From the IMG/VR virus record IMGVR_UViG_3300031088_000759: a stretch of 64,000 nt of DNA. One strand, written 5' to 3'. The stretch is from a virus. Below, piece after piece: positions 1 through 10,327 of the stretch. The translations under genes and the position numbers were made by a program. Numbering within the stretch: the stretch's first letter is position 1; the number at the start of each line of letters is the position of its first letter. The notes beneath the pieces are model-generated. The model had not been told where the DNA came from, made no database searches, and saw only the letters and a program-made list of their open reading frames with translations.

Positions 1-854
1 GTTACATTATACGCTTTTCGAGGGTCTGATAGAGTGTTAGCTGACAATAATTGTTTCGCAAAAGCGTTGAGCAAATCTTGTTGACGTTCTATTCTTTGAA
101 TGTCGCTACCATTGCCACTTCCAACTTCGAAAGTTCTCGCACGAGCATATGCTAGAGCATCATGCCCATTAAGCACTTGATTTCCGGCTTTTAAGTCAAG
201 ATCAGCTTTTTTCGAGACCATATCTTCTGGAACATTAAATTCTACACCACCGATAGAATCAACCATTTTTTCAAATCCAACAAAATCCACTACTACATAA
301 CCATCTATATATATTGACGAATTTTCTTCAATAGTGTTAATTGTACAAGCAACAGCGGACGGCAAATTGTCTCCCTGAGAAAAGGCCCAATTAAACTGAG
401 CGTTTTGCATAGGCTTTGTGGTTCTTCCATTACTCAGTTTGCAAGATGGAATGTCTACAATGGAGTCTCTGGGGATAGATACTAAATCTACTCTACTTCT
501 GTCAGCTGCTACGTGAGCTATAATAGTTGTATCTGATCTTTGACCATCTTCTTCAGTCCCACCACCAAGAGCACTGTTGCCACCAGCTCTGCTGTCTGAA
601 CCTATCAAAACGTAATTCAACGCTCTTCCATCAAGAGGATCTGTTTCATCAGCGATTCTTTCTTTGTTTAAATAGCTTGTATGTGACTCACTCTGAACAT
701 TAGAATCCAAATCTCTGTAAATGGCAAAACCTAATCCGAGGGAGACTGCAAGTACAGCTGCTAAACCAAAAGACATCACTTTTAATACTGTAAAAAACTT
801 TGATTTTTTACGTGATTGTTTTATCTTGGGTGAGCGACTTTTGTATTTTGCCAT
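1..854 (-). CDS. LCP (LytR-CpsA-Psr) family cell-wall glycopolymer ligase, runs off window start
   Basis: Not in the ORF track. Manual translation from ATG at 854 gives a basic N-terminus and TM helix, then NYVLIGSDSR, GQRSDTTIIAHV, VSIPRDS, VVVDFVGFEKMVDSIGGV, ALAYARAR, GSDIQRIERQQ, the canonical LCP motifs. Confidence 0.92.
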   Translation of the reverse strand, partial: MAKYKSRSPKIKQSRKKSKFFTVLKVMSFGLAAVLAVSLGLGFAIYRDLDSNVQSESHTSYLNKERIADETDPLDGRALNYVLIGSDSRAGGNSALGGGTEEDGQRSDTTIIAHVAADRSRVDLVSIPRDSIVDIPSCKLSNGRTTKPMQNAQFNWAFSQGDNLPSAVACTINTIEENSSIYIDGYVVVDFVGFEKMVDSIGGVEFNVPEDMVSKKADLDLKAGNQVLNGHDALAYARARTFEVGSGNGSDIQRIERQQDLLNAFAKQLLSANTLSDPRKAYNV

Positions 855-859
855 AATTT

Positions 860-1750
860 TTAATCTCTTTCGTCTTGATTTGGAGCTGATGTTTCTTCAG
901 GTTCTGGTTTTTCGGGGTCAGAAGATGGTGTGGGAGTTGGAGTAGGAGAAGAAGGTGTAGTAGTTGGCTTAGGTGTGGGAGTTGGGGTAGGAGTAGGCTT
1001 GTTAGTAGGTTCTGGTGTCTTAGAAGGGGGAGGTGTATTAGGCTCAGGACTCTTTGTGGGCTGTTCTACGGGAGGATTAGACGGTTGTGTAGGTTGTTTA
1101 GGTACAACCGTTCTTCTCTCTTCTAACAACTCTTCTAGGCGCTGAGTCCTGTCATTTTCAGCAGTGTTTCCAGCCTCTTGCTTTTCCTTCAATAATTCTT
1201 CCAGTTCTGTATTGCTTCCACTGTTAGAATTTATTTCTTCTTGTAGAGTCTTTTGATCATTAGTTAGATTTTCTCTTTCCTCACCCCACTGATCATAAGA
1301 CTCCTGCAAAGCATCCTTCTTTGCTGATAAAGCAACAATAAAACCTCTTATTCTTTTTTCTGAATTTGCGTAATCTTGAATATTGTTGCTTTCTACTATT
1401 TGGCTATCTGGTATATTTCTTATGTTTTGTAAATAAATTTCAAGATTAGCGCGTGAACTGTCAAAAACTTTTCCTTCTGAGTCTTCTATCAGTTTATCAG
1501 CTGATTCTATTTCAGTGCGCAACAGTTCACGTGCTTCTTGCTCTTTTATCGCTGATTCAGATACCATATTATTTATGCTGTAACTATAGACAGCACTTGC
1601 AGGTATTTCACTTTCTGTGTTATCACCTACAAAATAAGACATAACTGCGAAAAAGCCTATAATTGACAAAGCTATGGCTAACCCTATAGCAATCTTTCCT
1701 TTTTGTGTCAAAATAAGTTTCTTCTGTTTATGGTTCATCAACTGCAACAC
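860..1750 (-). CDS. Membrane-anchored coiled-coil protein with Pro/Thr-rich C-terminal tail
   Basis: N-terminal TM (IAIGLAIALSIIGFFAVMSYF), coiled-coil middle, PTPTPTPTPK repeats. Confidence 0.75.
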   Translation of the reverse strand: MLQLMNHKQKKLILTQKGKIAIGLAIALSIIGFFAVMSYFVGDNTESEIPASAVYSYSINNMVSESAIKEQEARELLRTEIESADKLIEDSEGKVFDSSRANLEIYLQNIRNIPDSQIVESNNIQDYANSEKRIRGFIVALSAKKDALQESYDQWGEERENLTNDQKTLQEEINSNSGSNTELEELLKEKQEAGNTAENDRTQRLEELLEERRTVVPKQPTQPSNPPVEQPTKSPEPNTPPPSKTPEPTNKPTPTPTPTPKPTTTPSSPTPTPTPSSDPEKPEPEETSAPNQDERD

Positions 1751-1940
1751 TCCCGCTCATTCATTTTATGCTGAACATTTTATCAAATATTTTTTTCTTT
1801 AAAGACCAGCGAAAATTCCGAGATAAATATTACCACAAATATCAAATTTTGAGTTGATTTTTAGCTTTTAATATGTTAAAATAAACATTAAGACAAAAAT
1901 AAGCCAGTAAGATAGTTTAACATACCAGTAGGAGAGTATT

Positions 1941-3368
1941 ATGTCTGAATTACCAAAATACCGAGTATATTTTAATAATTACTATGGTCATTCTAAGAAA
2001 AAAGATGAATTTTTGACTGAATCCGAAGTAAATGCTTTACAATACGGAGCCAAGGGAAGTAAAAACATTTATACTACATGTATCCTTTATCCAGGCTTTG
2101 AAGAGACTATTAAAAAAATTGTTGATATCCGAAATGAGATATGCAACTCTCTTACTATGAGTGACATTAAAAGGACAACCCGACCTTATGTTAGCGACAC
2201 TGACAAACTTTCACAAATAAAAACTGAAATATACAAACAAGGCATGATTATTCTTCCTCCTACAAAATACTTCACTGAAGAAGATGTTATTAAAATGAAT
2301 GTGGAAAATATAAAAGAATTAACAAGGTCTTACTACTCATACGCAAATGTTAATACTTTTATCGAGAGTAATCACAAAATTCCTGAAAGAATAAAAAAGT
2401 ATTTAGCGAGATATCTTCAATCACAAGATTACCTTGATGGTAGAAAATTGTATAGACTTTTGGGATTGATTGGTTTTATGTCTGACGAAAAATTGAACAA
2501 AAATCTTACTTTTGGCGAATATCTTGCGCAAAACCACGATAATCTCATTAGTCAATCATTGAACTACGATTTTGATTCTATACCTGAAGAGTACAATGAT
2601 TTTGTTATTAATTATCTTCATTCAAGAAATGCTTTATCTTTTATTGACAGGGCTTTGAAGAAAAACGAAGCAATTGTTCACTCTTTAACATATAACGAAG
2701 TAATGAAAGCTAAAGAAGTTGCTATTTCTATGTCTCCAAATAATTACACTCGAAATTTGAACAATGTAATTCAAGACATTAGAAACGTTGAGAATATTTA
2801 TACAGACGACGAAATTGCTGAAAAACTTTCTCATATTCTTATAGATAAAGCTGGCAAACTTAACATACCGGGTAGTTCATATCTTACAAGAATGCAACAT
2901 GCGGTCTCTCATGTTGATGATTTTTTGAATAATGAAAAAACGAAAAACGCTACGGCACGAACAGTTATTCTCGAAACGATTGAGCAAAATATTGAACAAA
3001 TGACTATGATGAATATTATGGTACTAACAAACACGAATTTGTCTAATACTGTATTTCGCTCAGCAACACCAGATAAAATAGTAGAGCTTCTCAGTACTGC
3101 TCTTTCCTACTATGATGAGCCTATCCATTTTGTTCGCTTGATCACTAGGTTGTTCTTCAATCAAGATGGGCACATTGCTTCTTACAGCGAATGGATGAAT
3201 TACATTAAAGATTCTGAAAAAGATGAAAAGTTTGACTTACCAGCAGGTATTATGATATCTTTCATCGTAAGTCGTGATAAGACACGTAGCGTTCGCTTTG
3301 AGCCTAACGAATATTTGCAAGACTACTATAAACAATATGCTGTTCAAGAAGATTTAACAGAAATGTAA
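1941..3368 (+). CDS. Hypothetical protein, tandem paralog 1 of 3
   Basis: 475-aa ORF with AGGAG RBS; shares FM..TxxEY..N and EW..P blocks with the next two ORFs. Confidence 0.8.
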   Translation: MSELPKYRVYFNNYYGHSKKKDEFLTESEVNALQYGAKGSKNIYTTCILYPGFEETIKKIVDIRNEICNSLTMSDIKRTTRPYVSDTDKLSQIKTEIYKQGMIILPPTKYFTEEDVIKMNVENIKELTRSYYSYANVNTFIESNHKIPERIKKYLARYLQSQDYLDGRKLYRLLGLIGFMSDEKLNKNLTFGEYLAQNHDNLISQSLNYDFDSIPEEYNDFVINYLHSRNALSFIDRALKKNEAIVHSLTYNEVMKAKEVAISMSPNNYTRNLNNVIQDIRNVENIYTDDEIAEKLSHILIDKAGKLNIPGSSYLTRMQHAVSHVDDFLNNEKTKNATARTVILETIEQNIEQMTMMNIMVLTNTNLSNTVFRSATPDKIVELLSTALSYYDEPIHFVRLITRLFFNQDGHIASYSEWMNYIKDSEKDEKFDLPAGIMISFIVSRDKTRSVRFEPNEYLQDYYKQYAVQEDLTEM

Positions 3369-3414
3369 AACTAATCTGTTATCTAATATTAAAAAGATTA
3401 TACAAAGCAAGAGG

Positions 3415-4914
3415 ATGAATATTATGGCAAAAAATGCATTGAAAAAAATCAGAATTAGAACATACAATTCTTTGAGCACGAAGCAAAAAGAAACTTTTAA
3501 AAACGCAACTCCGAGGCGATATGAGAGGAATGTTTCTTCACCTTTGCACAGCGAAGCCGAACCGTATAGTAATGAATATGTTGAACAATCACAAGCAATA
3601 GATGAACTTTTCAAAATTACTGAAAATGCGCAAAATTTTGCTAGAACAACAAACAACAATAATCTCTATGCTTACTCGTATTCTTCGAACAGACCAATTT
3701 TGTTAAAGTTTTCTGATTTTACCGTAGCACCTATTATGGGTATGGATAATAATGTTATTTTAAATTTTGCAAAAAATCAATACAAAGTGTTGAACTCTAC
3801 TATTGAAGAATCATTAAAAAATACTTACAGACAACCTTTTAAAAATGAACTCATTAAATCTCAAAAAGCTTGGTTAAAAAACAAAATTAGCAACGCTGAT
3901 TTTCATAAAATCTTCGATTATTATATTGAAGAAGTGAATAATAACGACTCTTATTCAGGAAGAACCGGATGGACAGAAGAACCATTCTTCCAAATAATTG
4001 CCTTAAACGAATTCATGAATCATACAGGTGATGAAGAAATGACTCTTGGAGAATATTCTGATAAGAACTTTGATACATTGTATAATTTATTAATGTCTCA
4101 TAACTATACATCATATTCTTACACAAAGAAATTCTTGGAAAAGTTTACTTTTTCATATGAAACTCCACTGCTTGTATATACACACAAAAGCTCAAAAGAG
4201 GATCGTGAATTAATAAAGAGTTTGACAAAAGAGCAAATTTTCATTCTTCATAACAATTTAGAAACTTTGACTTCTAAAACCGTTTCTGTTTTTCATAAAA
4301 TACAAGCTGTATTAGAACCTGAAAATACAATGACTATTGCTTCTGAAAGTGATTTAGCAAAAATGACAGCACGTATTCTTGCTGAAAAAATCATTAATGA
4401 TGAATACAATCATTCAAGGGATATGTACACTCTTATGTCATCTTGTCATTCGATTACAAAAAACACTTTATCAACCTTGTCTTATGAAAAAAGTGATGTA
4501 ACAAAAAACTCTGTCTTCTATTTAAGAATTTACGATTTGATAAAAATTATTGATGATAATAAAGATAAATTAAATACTAGACAAGTGATAGGTTTTATAC
4601 TGTCTTTAAATTCGAATTATAGAAGAATGGCTGCTGCAGATGGTTCTCTTGGAGACTATATTGTATTTCTTGAAACAATCAGTGAAACTAAAGACTCATT
4701 GTCTGCAGCATATTTCTTTGGGATGTTAGGGGAAGCATTGCTCAGTAAAGAGAAAGTGCCTACAATTGAACAATGGAGTAATTATGCTAAAGACGAAGAA
4801 GATTTTACAATTCCTTTGTCCATGCTTATTAACATTATTACTGATAGCACAAATACCATCCAGAGAAACGCACCTAAAGAATTAAACGCTGTAAGAAACT
4901 CTCTACCTGCCTGA
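3415..4914 (+). CDS. Hypothetical protein, tandem paralog 2 of 3
   Basis: 499 aa; LNEFMNHTGDEEMTLGEYSDKNFDTLYN and VPTIEQW..IPLSML blocks. Confidence 0.8.
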   Translation: MNIMAKNALKKIRIRTYNSLSTKQKETFKNATPRRYERNVSSPLHSEAEPYSNEYVEQSQAIDELFKITENAQNFARTTNNNNLYAYSYSSNRPILLKFSDFTVAPIMGMDNNVILNFAKNQYKVLNSTIEESLKNTYRQPFKNELIKSQKAWLKNKISNADFHKIFDYYIEEVNNNDSYSGRTGWTEEPFFQIIALNEFMNHTGDEEMTLGEYSDKNFDTLYNLLMSHNYTSYSYTKKFLEKFTFSYETPLLVYTHKSSKEDRELIKSLTKEQIFILHNNLETLTSKTVSVFHKIQAVLEPENTMTIASESDLAKMTARILAEKIINDEYNHSRDMYTLMSSCHSITKNTLSTLSYEKSDVTKNSVFYLRIYDLIKIIDDNKDKLNTRQVIGFILSLNSNYRRMAAADGSLGDYIVFLETISETKDSLSAAYFFGMLGEALLSKEKVPTIEQWSNYAKDEEDFTIPLSMLINIITDSTNTIQRNAPKELNAVRNSLPA

Positions 4915-4941
4915 ACATGAATACCTAAGGAAATAAATTTT

Positions 4942-6573
4942 ATGAGAAAAGAATTTGCGGATAAATTTAAAACATATACCGTTGTGCGAGCGCAAAAAAG
5001 ACAAATACGGTATTCGTCTCAACAGAACGATTCTTCTATGGTAATGAGTAGATACAGTGATAAAAAGCTCACTAAAAAACAAAAGGATCTTATTGAAGGG
5101 ATAAAAAACAATCACTATGAACCTGTTGAAGACAAAACTCAAACTCAATACTATTACACATCATGGTATAAGTCATATAATTTTGTTATTACACCCAATT
5201 TTGAAGAAATCGTTCAAACTTTCTTTGAACGATACAAATTGTCTTCATCGTTAAAAAATCATAGAATTTTATTTGAATCTCAACGAGAAGTTAACAAAGA
5301 CACAGATTTTGTTAAGAATTTAGACAACTTTTTAATCACACCACCGATTGGTGCTCTTACGCTTGATCTTCTAGTTGATGAAAATAATACGTTCCTAGGG
5401 TACACTGATGCTTTCTCCTTTAAAAACCCTTCTAATCCTCTCCACAAAATAGGTATTTCCGAAGAATTGAACATGTTGTTCAACACTGTTGTCAAAAGAA
5501 TGATGAAAGCACCGAAATGGGATGAAAAAACACTTTTCTACGCTTTGTCTGTTTTAGAATTCATGGCTTCCCAATCATCACCTGAAACAACATTAGAAGA
5601 ATACATCACTGGCAACGAAGAGCATTTATACAACAATGTATTTATGAAATTCCAGGTTCAAGCTGATAAAAATCTTATATCTAACCTAAGCATCTTTTAC
5701 GATCTTCTTGTGTTTAATGATGTAGTAAACATTTTAGACGAAAATCTTTATCGAACTTTTGAAAAAATGCCTTATAAAGAATGGCATAATGTAGTGAATT
5801 TTTCTATTGGATATGACAATAATAATCCTTATAGCTACACTCGATTTGATGCGCACAGAATCATAAATCCTAAAGATAAAAATTTGCTTATAGACTATAT
5901 TGATTTTGCCAAAAATGATCATGAAGGTTTGATAAATGTTATAGATTACGATAGAACTGTTGAAGTAGAAGAAGATTATTTCGTCAAAATTCTTCAAAAT
6001 GTATGGCAAGATTCAGTTGCTAAAAACACTGAAATCAGCCCTGGTAAGGTAGAAATCTTTTCAAACTACTGGAAAGATATCGTAGAAAACATATTAGGAT
6101 CTCATGTCATAGAAAAATACAGAAGAGCATATGCATACAGAAGTGTATACTTTTTGTTAAAGAATTATGAAAAACTGAACACTCAGCAACTATTTTCAAT
6201 AGGTATGATTTTAGCAGACGGAACAGCACTGTATAGAGGTGCTATGTCTTCTCTTTATAGCGATGAAACAGTAGAGGCTAAAAAATCAAGAGTAGTATTA
6301 AAAGTTTTAGAATATTTTGAAGAAGAAATTGTCGAATTCAGTAGTTTTGCCGAAAGCCTTGTTTTCGAATATGATGGAGTGTTACCTACACCCTCAGAAT
6401 GGGATAAGGGGCATACTTCAATAGATATGGATTCTTTATCTAATATTCCTTTGAGTATCCTTCATTCAATGATAAAAATTTATGAAACATCTTCAAAAGT
6501 TGGTTCAAAAATTCCTGTGAATTATAAGCTTCTCAGAAAAGACATTGATAAACTCAGTGAAGAAACAGAATGA
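4942..6573 (+). CDS. Hypothetical protein, tandem paralog 3 of 3
   Basis: 543 aa; VLEFMASQSSPETTLEEYITGNEEHLYN and LPTPSEW..IPLSIL blocks. Confidence 0.8.
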   Translation: MRKEFADKFKTYTVVRAQKRQIRYSSQQNDSSMVMSRYSDKKLTKKQKDLIEGIKNNHYEPVEDKTQTQYYYTSWYKSYNFVITPNFEEIVQTFFERYKLSSSLKNHRILFESQREVNKDTDFVKNLDNFLITPPIGALTLDLLVDENNTFLGYTDAFSFKNPSNPLHKIGISEELNMLFNTVVKRMMKAPKWDEKTLFYALSVLEFMASQSSPETTLEEYITGNEEHLYNNVFMKFQVQADKNLISNLSIFYDLLVFNDVVNILDENLYRTFEKMPYKEWHNVVNFSIGYDNNNPYSYTRFDAHRIINPKDKNLLIDYIDFAKNDHEGLINVIDYDRTVEVEEDYFVKILQNVWQDSVAKNTEISPGKVEIFSNYWKDIVENILGSHVIEKYRRAYAYRSVYFLLKNYEKLNTQQLFSIGMILADGTALYRGAMSSLYSDETVEAKKSRVVLKVLEYFEEEIVEFSSFAESLVFEYDGVLPTPSEWDKGHTSIDMDSLSNIPLSILHSMIKIYETSSKVGSKIPVNYKLLRKDIDKLSEETE

Positions 6574-6595
6574 TTAAAAATGAATAGTTTCAAAA

Positions 6596-6651
6596 AATGA
6601 GTAGAGTGGGACAAGATTACTAAATTTTAATCTTGTCCCACTCTACTCATT
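6596..6651. terminator. Long perfect hairpin between convergent genes (probable bidirectional terminator)
   Basis: aatgagtagagtgggacaagatta-N8-taatcttgtcccactctactcatt, 24-bp perfect stem. Confidence 0.75.
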
Positions 6652-6659
6652 GCATTAGA

Positions 6660-7427
6660 TTAGAAGTTTTCGCGGATATAAGAGAGTGCTTCATCCTTAG
6701 AAAGATGAACTCCCTCATCAGAATTCAGGAACTTCATAATCTTGCCCAGCTCTCTTCCGGGAGACAGATTGAAAATCTCCATAACCTCATTGCCATTCAG
6801 AGCGGGTCGAAGAGCCTTACGGGCATCTTCCTTCTGAACACGATTAATCTCGATAGACAGCTTCTGGATCCCCTTGTGGTGATTATGAAGCTTCTGCTTA
6901 TTAGCAGTAGTAGCATCCGCATAGAAAACGACAATAAGCTTGTCAAGGATCTCAGAGCTTCCTGCATCATTCATCAGCCTACGCACAGCACTGTCAGTCC
7001 AATCACCCTCACCAAATCCATGACTGCGCATATGAAGACTAACAATCTTAGAAATCTTCTGAATCTCGTTCTTGGTGTAGCCATGACGAGTAAGAATAGA
7101 CTTCATCATCTTAGCACCAACATACTCATGTCCGTCAAACGTGACACTCTTACGACCGTTGAACTTACGGGTGGCAGGCTTGCCAATATCGTGAAAAAGA
7201 GCTGCAGTGCGAAGAACAAGATCAGGTCCATCAACCTCACGCGAAATAGCGTTCTCAAGAACCTTGATAGAATGGACAAGATTATCCTTGTGATGGTATC
7301 CGGGCTTAATAGGCATACGAAGATCAGCCAGTGTTGACTCAAACTCACGAAGAGTTCCATCGGAAACCATACCGTAAAGAACCTCAACGGGGTTATTCAT
7401 CATCATAAGCTGCTTCATATTCATCAT
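6660..7427 (-). CDS. Stand-alone HD phosphohydrolase corresponding to the C-terminal half of actinobacterial CCA-adding enzyme
   Basis: HHKDNLVHS, AALFHDIGKPATR, VTFDGHEYVGA, WTDSAVRR, RPALNGNEVM..PGRELG; no nucleotidyltransferase (DxD) head domain. Confidence 0.85.
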   Translation of the reverse strand: MMNMKQLMMMNNPVEVLYGMVSDGTLREFESTLADLRMPIKPGYHHKDNLVHSIKVLENAISREVDGPDLVLRTAALFHDIGKPATRKFNGRKSVTFDGHEYVGAKMMKSILTRHGYTKNEIQKISKIVSLHMRSHGFGEGDWTDSAVRRLMNDAGSSEILDKLIVVFYADATTANKQKLHNHHKGIQKLSIEINRVQKEDARKALRPALNGNEVMEIFNLSPGRELGKIMKFLNSDEGVHLSKDEALSYIRENF

Positions 7428-7433
7428 ACCTCA

Positions 7434-7461
7434 ATTATAACACAAAAGATTTGAAAGTCAA
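7434..7461 (-). promoter_or_regulatory. Sigma70-type promoter, probable leaderless transcript for the HD gene
   Basis: TTGACT-N16-TATAAT with TGn extension; ATG begins 6 nt after the -10 box. Confidence 0.65.
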
Positions 7462-7476
7462 ATTATACAAAATATT

Positions 7477-7917
7477 TCAAAAATCAAACCGAATGCCAGA
7501 AACATTGAGAGCATCGGATTGCTTCTCGAGAAGTTCAATTTCATCCTGAAGCTTCTTAATCTTGTTATGAATTTCCTTCTTCTTAGGAGCATTCTCTTTG
7601 ATAGTGTTTTCAGCTTCAAGAATTTCTTGAATAACTGAATCAGGAACGTTCATTTCTCCTGTAATCTCGTACATGATTCCTATATCGTATTGTCCAGCAC
7701 GAACAGAGTCAATCTTGATGGTTCCCTGCTTGAATCCAATGTCTTCAGCTGCACGGTTGACTTTCAGAACGCTCTTCTCGTGCCAAGTATCAATTGCTCT
7801 AACATCAGGCATATCAATCACTGAGGTGGCAATAACAGTCTTCTTCTTTGTGCCATTAATTTTGACAATATGAGTCAAACGATTGTTGACTTGAATAGTG
7901 TTTTTAATGTTCACCAT
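7477..7917 (-). CDS. Hypothetical protein with C-terminal coiled coil
   Basis: Start refined to MVNIKN with AAGGAG RBS; TTGACT-N17-TACTGT upstream at 7984-8012. Confidence 0.7.
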   Translation of the reverse strand: MVNIKNTIQVNNRLTHIVKINGTKKKTVIATSVIDMPDVRAIDTWHEKSVLKVNRAAEDIGFKQGTIKIDSVRAGQYDIGIMYEITGEMNVPDSVIQEILEAENTIKENAPKKKEIHNKIKKLQDEIELLEKQSDALNVSGIRFDF

Positions 7918-8018
7918 TTCATTCTCCTTGTTGTTTCTCCGGCGTAGGAATAACCCGGATTTGTGTACCTTGTGTACAACTGTACAGTAGCGCAAAAAAT
8001 TATAAAAGTCAAGTTTAC

Positions 8019-8297
8019 TCAAAAATCAACTTTCACTCCAAAAGCTGAATATATTTGATCATTGTTCTTGAAAACATAGCCTGAAACACCATTATTAAAA
8101 CTTACTACATAATCTCCCGGACGAACAATAGTTAAATGATTTCGACCTCTCCTTTTGTCAGTAATAAGTATGTCATCACCATCCAAGGATTCGGCAAGAA
8201 CCCAGCCTTCAAAAGTTTGTAGAATTTGAATAATAGCGTCTTGATTAGAGAGATTCACTTCGTATTTTACAATCTCTGCTGAAAGTTTAAGATCCAT
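8019..8297 (-). CDS. Phage-like hypothetical protein
   Basis: 92 aa, AAGGA RBS, VRPGDYVV motif. Confidence 0.6.
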   Translation of the reverse strand: MDLKLSAEIVKYEVNLSNQDAIIQILQTFEGWVLAESLDGDDILITDKRRGRNHLTIVRPGDYVVSFNNGVSGYVFKNNDQIYSAFGVKVDF

Positions 8298-8527
8298 TGT
8301 TATCCTTTGCGGTTTAAAGTGTCCATTGTGTTCAATACTATTCTATAAAACATGATAAGTCAAAGCTGTCTCAATATATAAAATAACTTTCTAAAATTAA
8401 ATTTTGAGACAGCTTATTATTTTGTTAAAATGTTTTTAATTAGATATATAACTTGTTGAGAAGAAAAAATGTGTCTGCTTTTCAACATATTCATTAACCT
8501 TACTATAAAGAAAGAAAAGGACAATAT

Positions 8528-9742
8528 ATGACAAAAACATATGTAAAAACATCTGAGGCTGTAGCTGCAAGCCATCCTGACAAAGTTGCTGACCAAATTG
8601 GTGATGCGATTTTTGATTATCTAAGAACTTTTAAGGATAATCCCCAATCAGCTGTTGAGATTGCTTGTGCTGCTGACAGAGTTTTAGTGTTCGGCGAAAT
8701 TGACAAAGATATAGTCAAACCAAAACCAGGTATAACAAACCTTAAAGAAGCAAATCCAGAATTAGCTCGAAAAATAAAAGAAATAGTCATTAGCAAGATA
8801 CGCGAAATCGGCTATAAAAAGTTCTCTTACAACCCTGAAGTAAAAATTGCTTTGGTAACGCAATCAGCAGAAATCAACAATGCTGTGGAAGAAAACGATG
8901 AACACGAAGCAGCAGCAGGAGATCAAGGTATTGTAACAGGTTTTGCTACATCCGAAACTAAACAATACCATGCTATACACTTTATTCTAGCTCATTACAT
9001 TATGAAAGAACTTGAAGAGGACCGAAAGAATAAGCGAATTAGTTGGTTAAATCCTGACGCAAAATCTCAGGTAACAGTGAAATACGAATATTCCGAAAAA
9101 GGATTAGACAGACCACTTTCCATAGAAAACATTCTCGTTTCGCAATGCCATTCTGAAACAGTGAAATTAGATGAAGTTCGAGAAACACTTACACAACGAG
9201 TCAAAGAGATTACTGTAGAATTTTTGAAAGATCATGATAAGTTTGATTACTCGGAATCTTTGTTGAAGAGTTTAAAAAATACAGAGTTTTTGATTAATCC
9301 TGCTGGAGAATGGAATGTTGGAGGTCCAAAAAGTGATTCCGGGTTAAGTAGCCGTAAACTTGTTGTTGATAATTACGGTTCAGCAGCTCCTATTGGTGGT
9401 GGCGGAACTTCTGGTAAGAGCTTCACGAAAGTTGACCGTAGTGGCGCTTACTACGCTCGACATATTGCTAAAAGCATTGTAGCATCAGGGTTAGCAGAAA
9501 AATGCCTTGTAGAATTAGGCTTCGCTATTGGTGTTCCAAAAACAGTAAGTATTAATATTGAAACTTTCGGGACAGAAAACACAAGCTTAAAAATTATCAA
9601 TGACTTAGTGTTAAGGAATTTTGACTTTAAAGTTCAAAGTATGATTGATTTATCTAATAGTATTGAGCAAGTCGTAAAAACATCTGAACATGGAAATTAT
9701 ACAGATGACTCTTTCCCCTGGGAAAAAACAATAGAACTATAA
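8528..9742 (+). CDS. metK: S-adenosylmethionine synthetase (divergent)
   Basis: SEAVAASHPDKVADQI, AGDQG, DAKSQV, DSGLSSRKLVVDNYG, GGGGTSGK..TKVDRSGAYYAR motifs. Confidence 0.95.
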   Translation: MTKTYVKTSEAVAASHPDKVADQIGDAIFDYLRTFKDNPQSAVEIACAADRVLVFGEIDKDIVKPKPGITNLKEANPELARKIKEIVISKIREIGYKKFSYNPEVKIALVTQSAEINNAVEENDEHEAAAGDQGIVTGFATSETKQYHAIHFILAHYIMKELEEDRKNKRISWLNPDAKSQVTVKYEYSEKGLDRPLSIENILVSQCHSETVKLDEVRETLTQRVKEITVEFLKDHDKFDYSESLLKSLKNTEFLINPAGEWNVGGPKSDSGLSSRKLVVDNYGSAAPIGGGGTSGKSFTKVDRSGAYYARHIAKSIVASGLAEKCLVELGFAIGVPKTVSINIETFGTENTSLKIINDLVLRNFDFKVQSMIDLSNSIEQVVKTSEHGNYTDDSFPWEKTIEL

Positions 9743-9844
9743 TATAAAATCATTTTCAAAAATAAAAATACCGCAATTGTTTTTAATTGCGGTATTTTTA
9801 TTTAACATAGTATTAATTAATGGATTGATGTGTTCTTCAAAAAA

Positions 9845-10261
9845 TCACTGCTTTTTATCTTTTACATCAATCCAAGCAGCATTACTTGAACTTCCAGCAC
9901 CGAAACCGAATTTATCGCTCTTCTTGATTTTAGGAGCTTTCCATACAAGCTTATTATCTTTTCCGATAGGGAACTTGATATCAACATTACCTAAGCGGAA
10001 TAAAGCTTCATCAAATTTCCCTGATTTAAGAACACCTAAAGACAACTGTTTGTTAAACGGAATGTCAAAAACTTTAGCATAAATTTCTGTATCATCTAAT
10101 CCATCAAGAAAATTTTCATACATTTCTATAAGCTTAGACTCAGAAGGAATTTGATGAGAATCATTCCACTTCAAAGTCATAGGGGATGGATTACCTTCAG
10201 TTTTAGAAATAGTCGCACCAAGACTATCCTCATCCCAATCAATACGAACTTTACTTGACAT
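9845..10261 (-). CDS. Hypothetical protein
   Basis: 138-aa ORF with GAGG RBS; hairpin downstream at ~9763-9800. Confidence 0.65.
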   Translation of the reverse strand: MSSKVRIDWDEDSLGATISKTEGNPSPMTLKWNDSHQIPSESKLIEMYENFLDGLDDTEIYAKVFDIPFNKQLSLGVLKSGKFDEALFRLGNVDIKFPIGKDNKLVWKAPKIKKSDKFGFGAGSSSNAAWIDVKDKKQ

Positions 10262-10327
10262 TTGAACCTCTCTTAAACAATGATAAAAATGAGTTTATTA
10301 TTTAACCCAATTATAGCACTTTATAGC

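Noticed and set aside
930-1145. Plus-strand GV-repeat ORF and tandem-looking DNA
   Set aside because: It is the antisense shadow of the Pro/Thr-rich tail of 860-1750, not an independent gene or repeat array.
6633-7337. 234-aa plus-strand ORF
   Set aside because: Fully antisense to the motif-rich HD gene, starts inside a terminator hairpin, and has no recognisable features.
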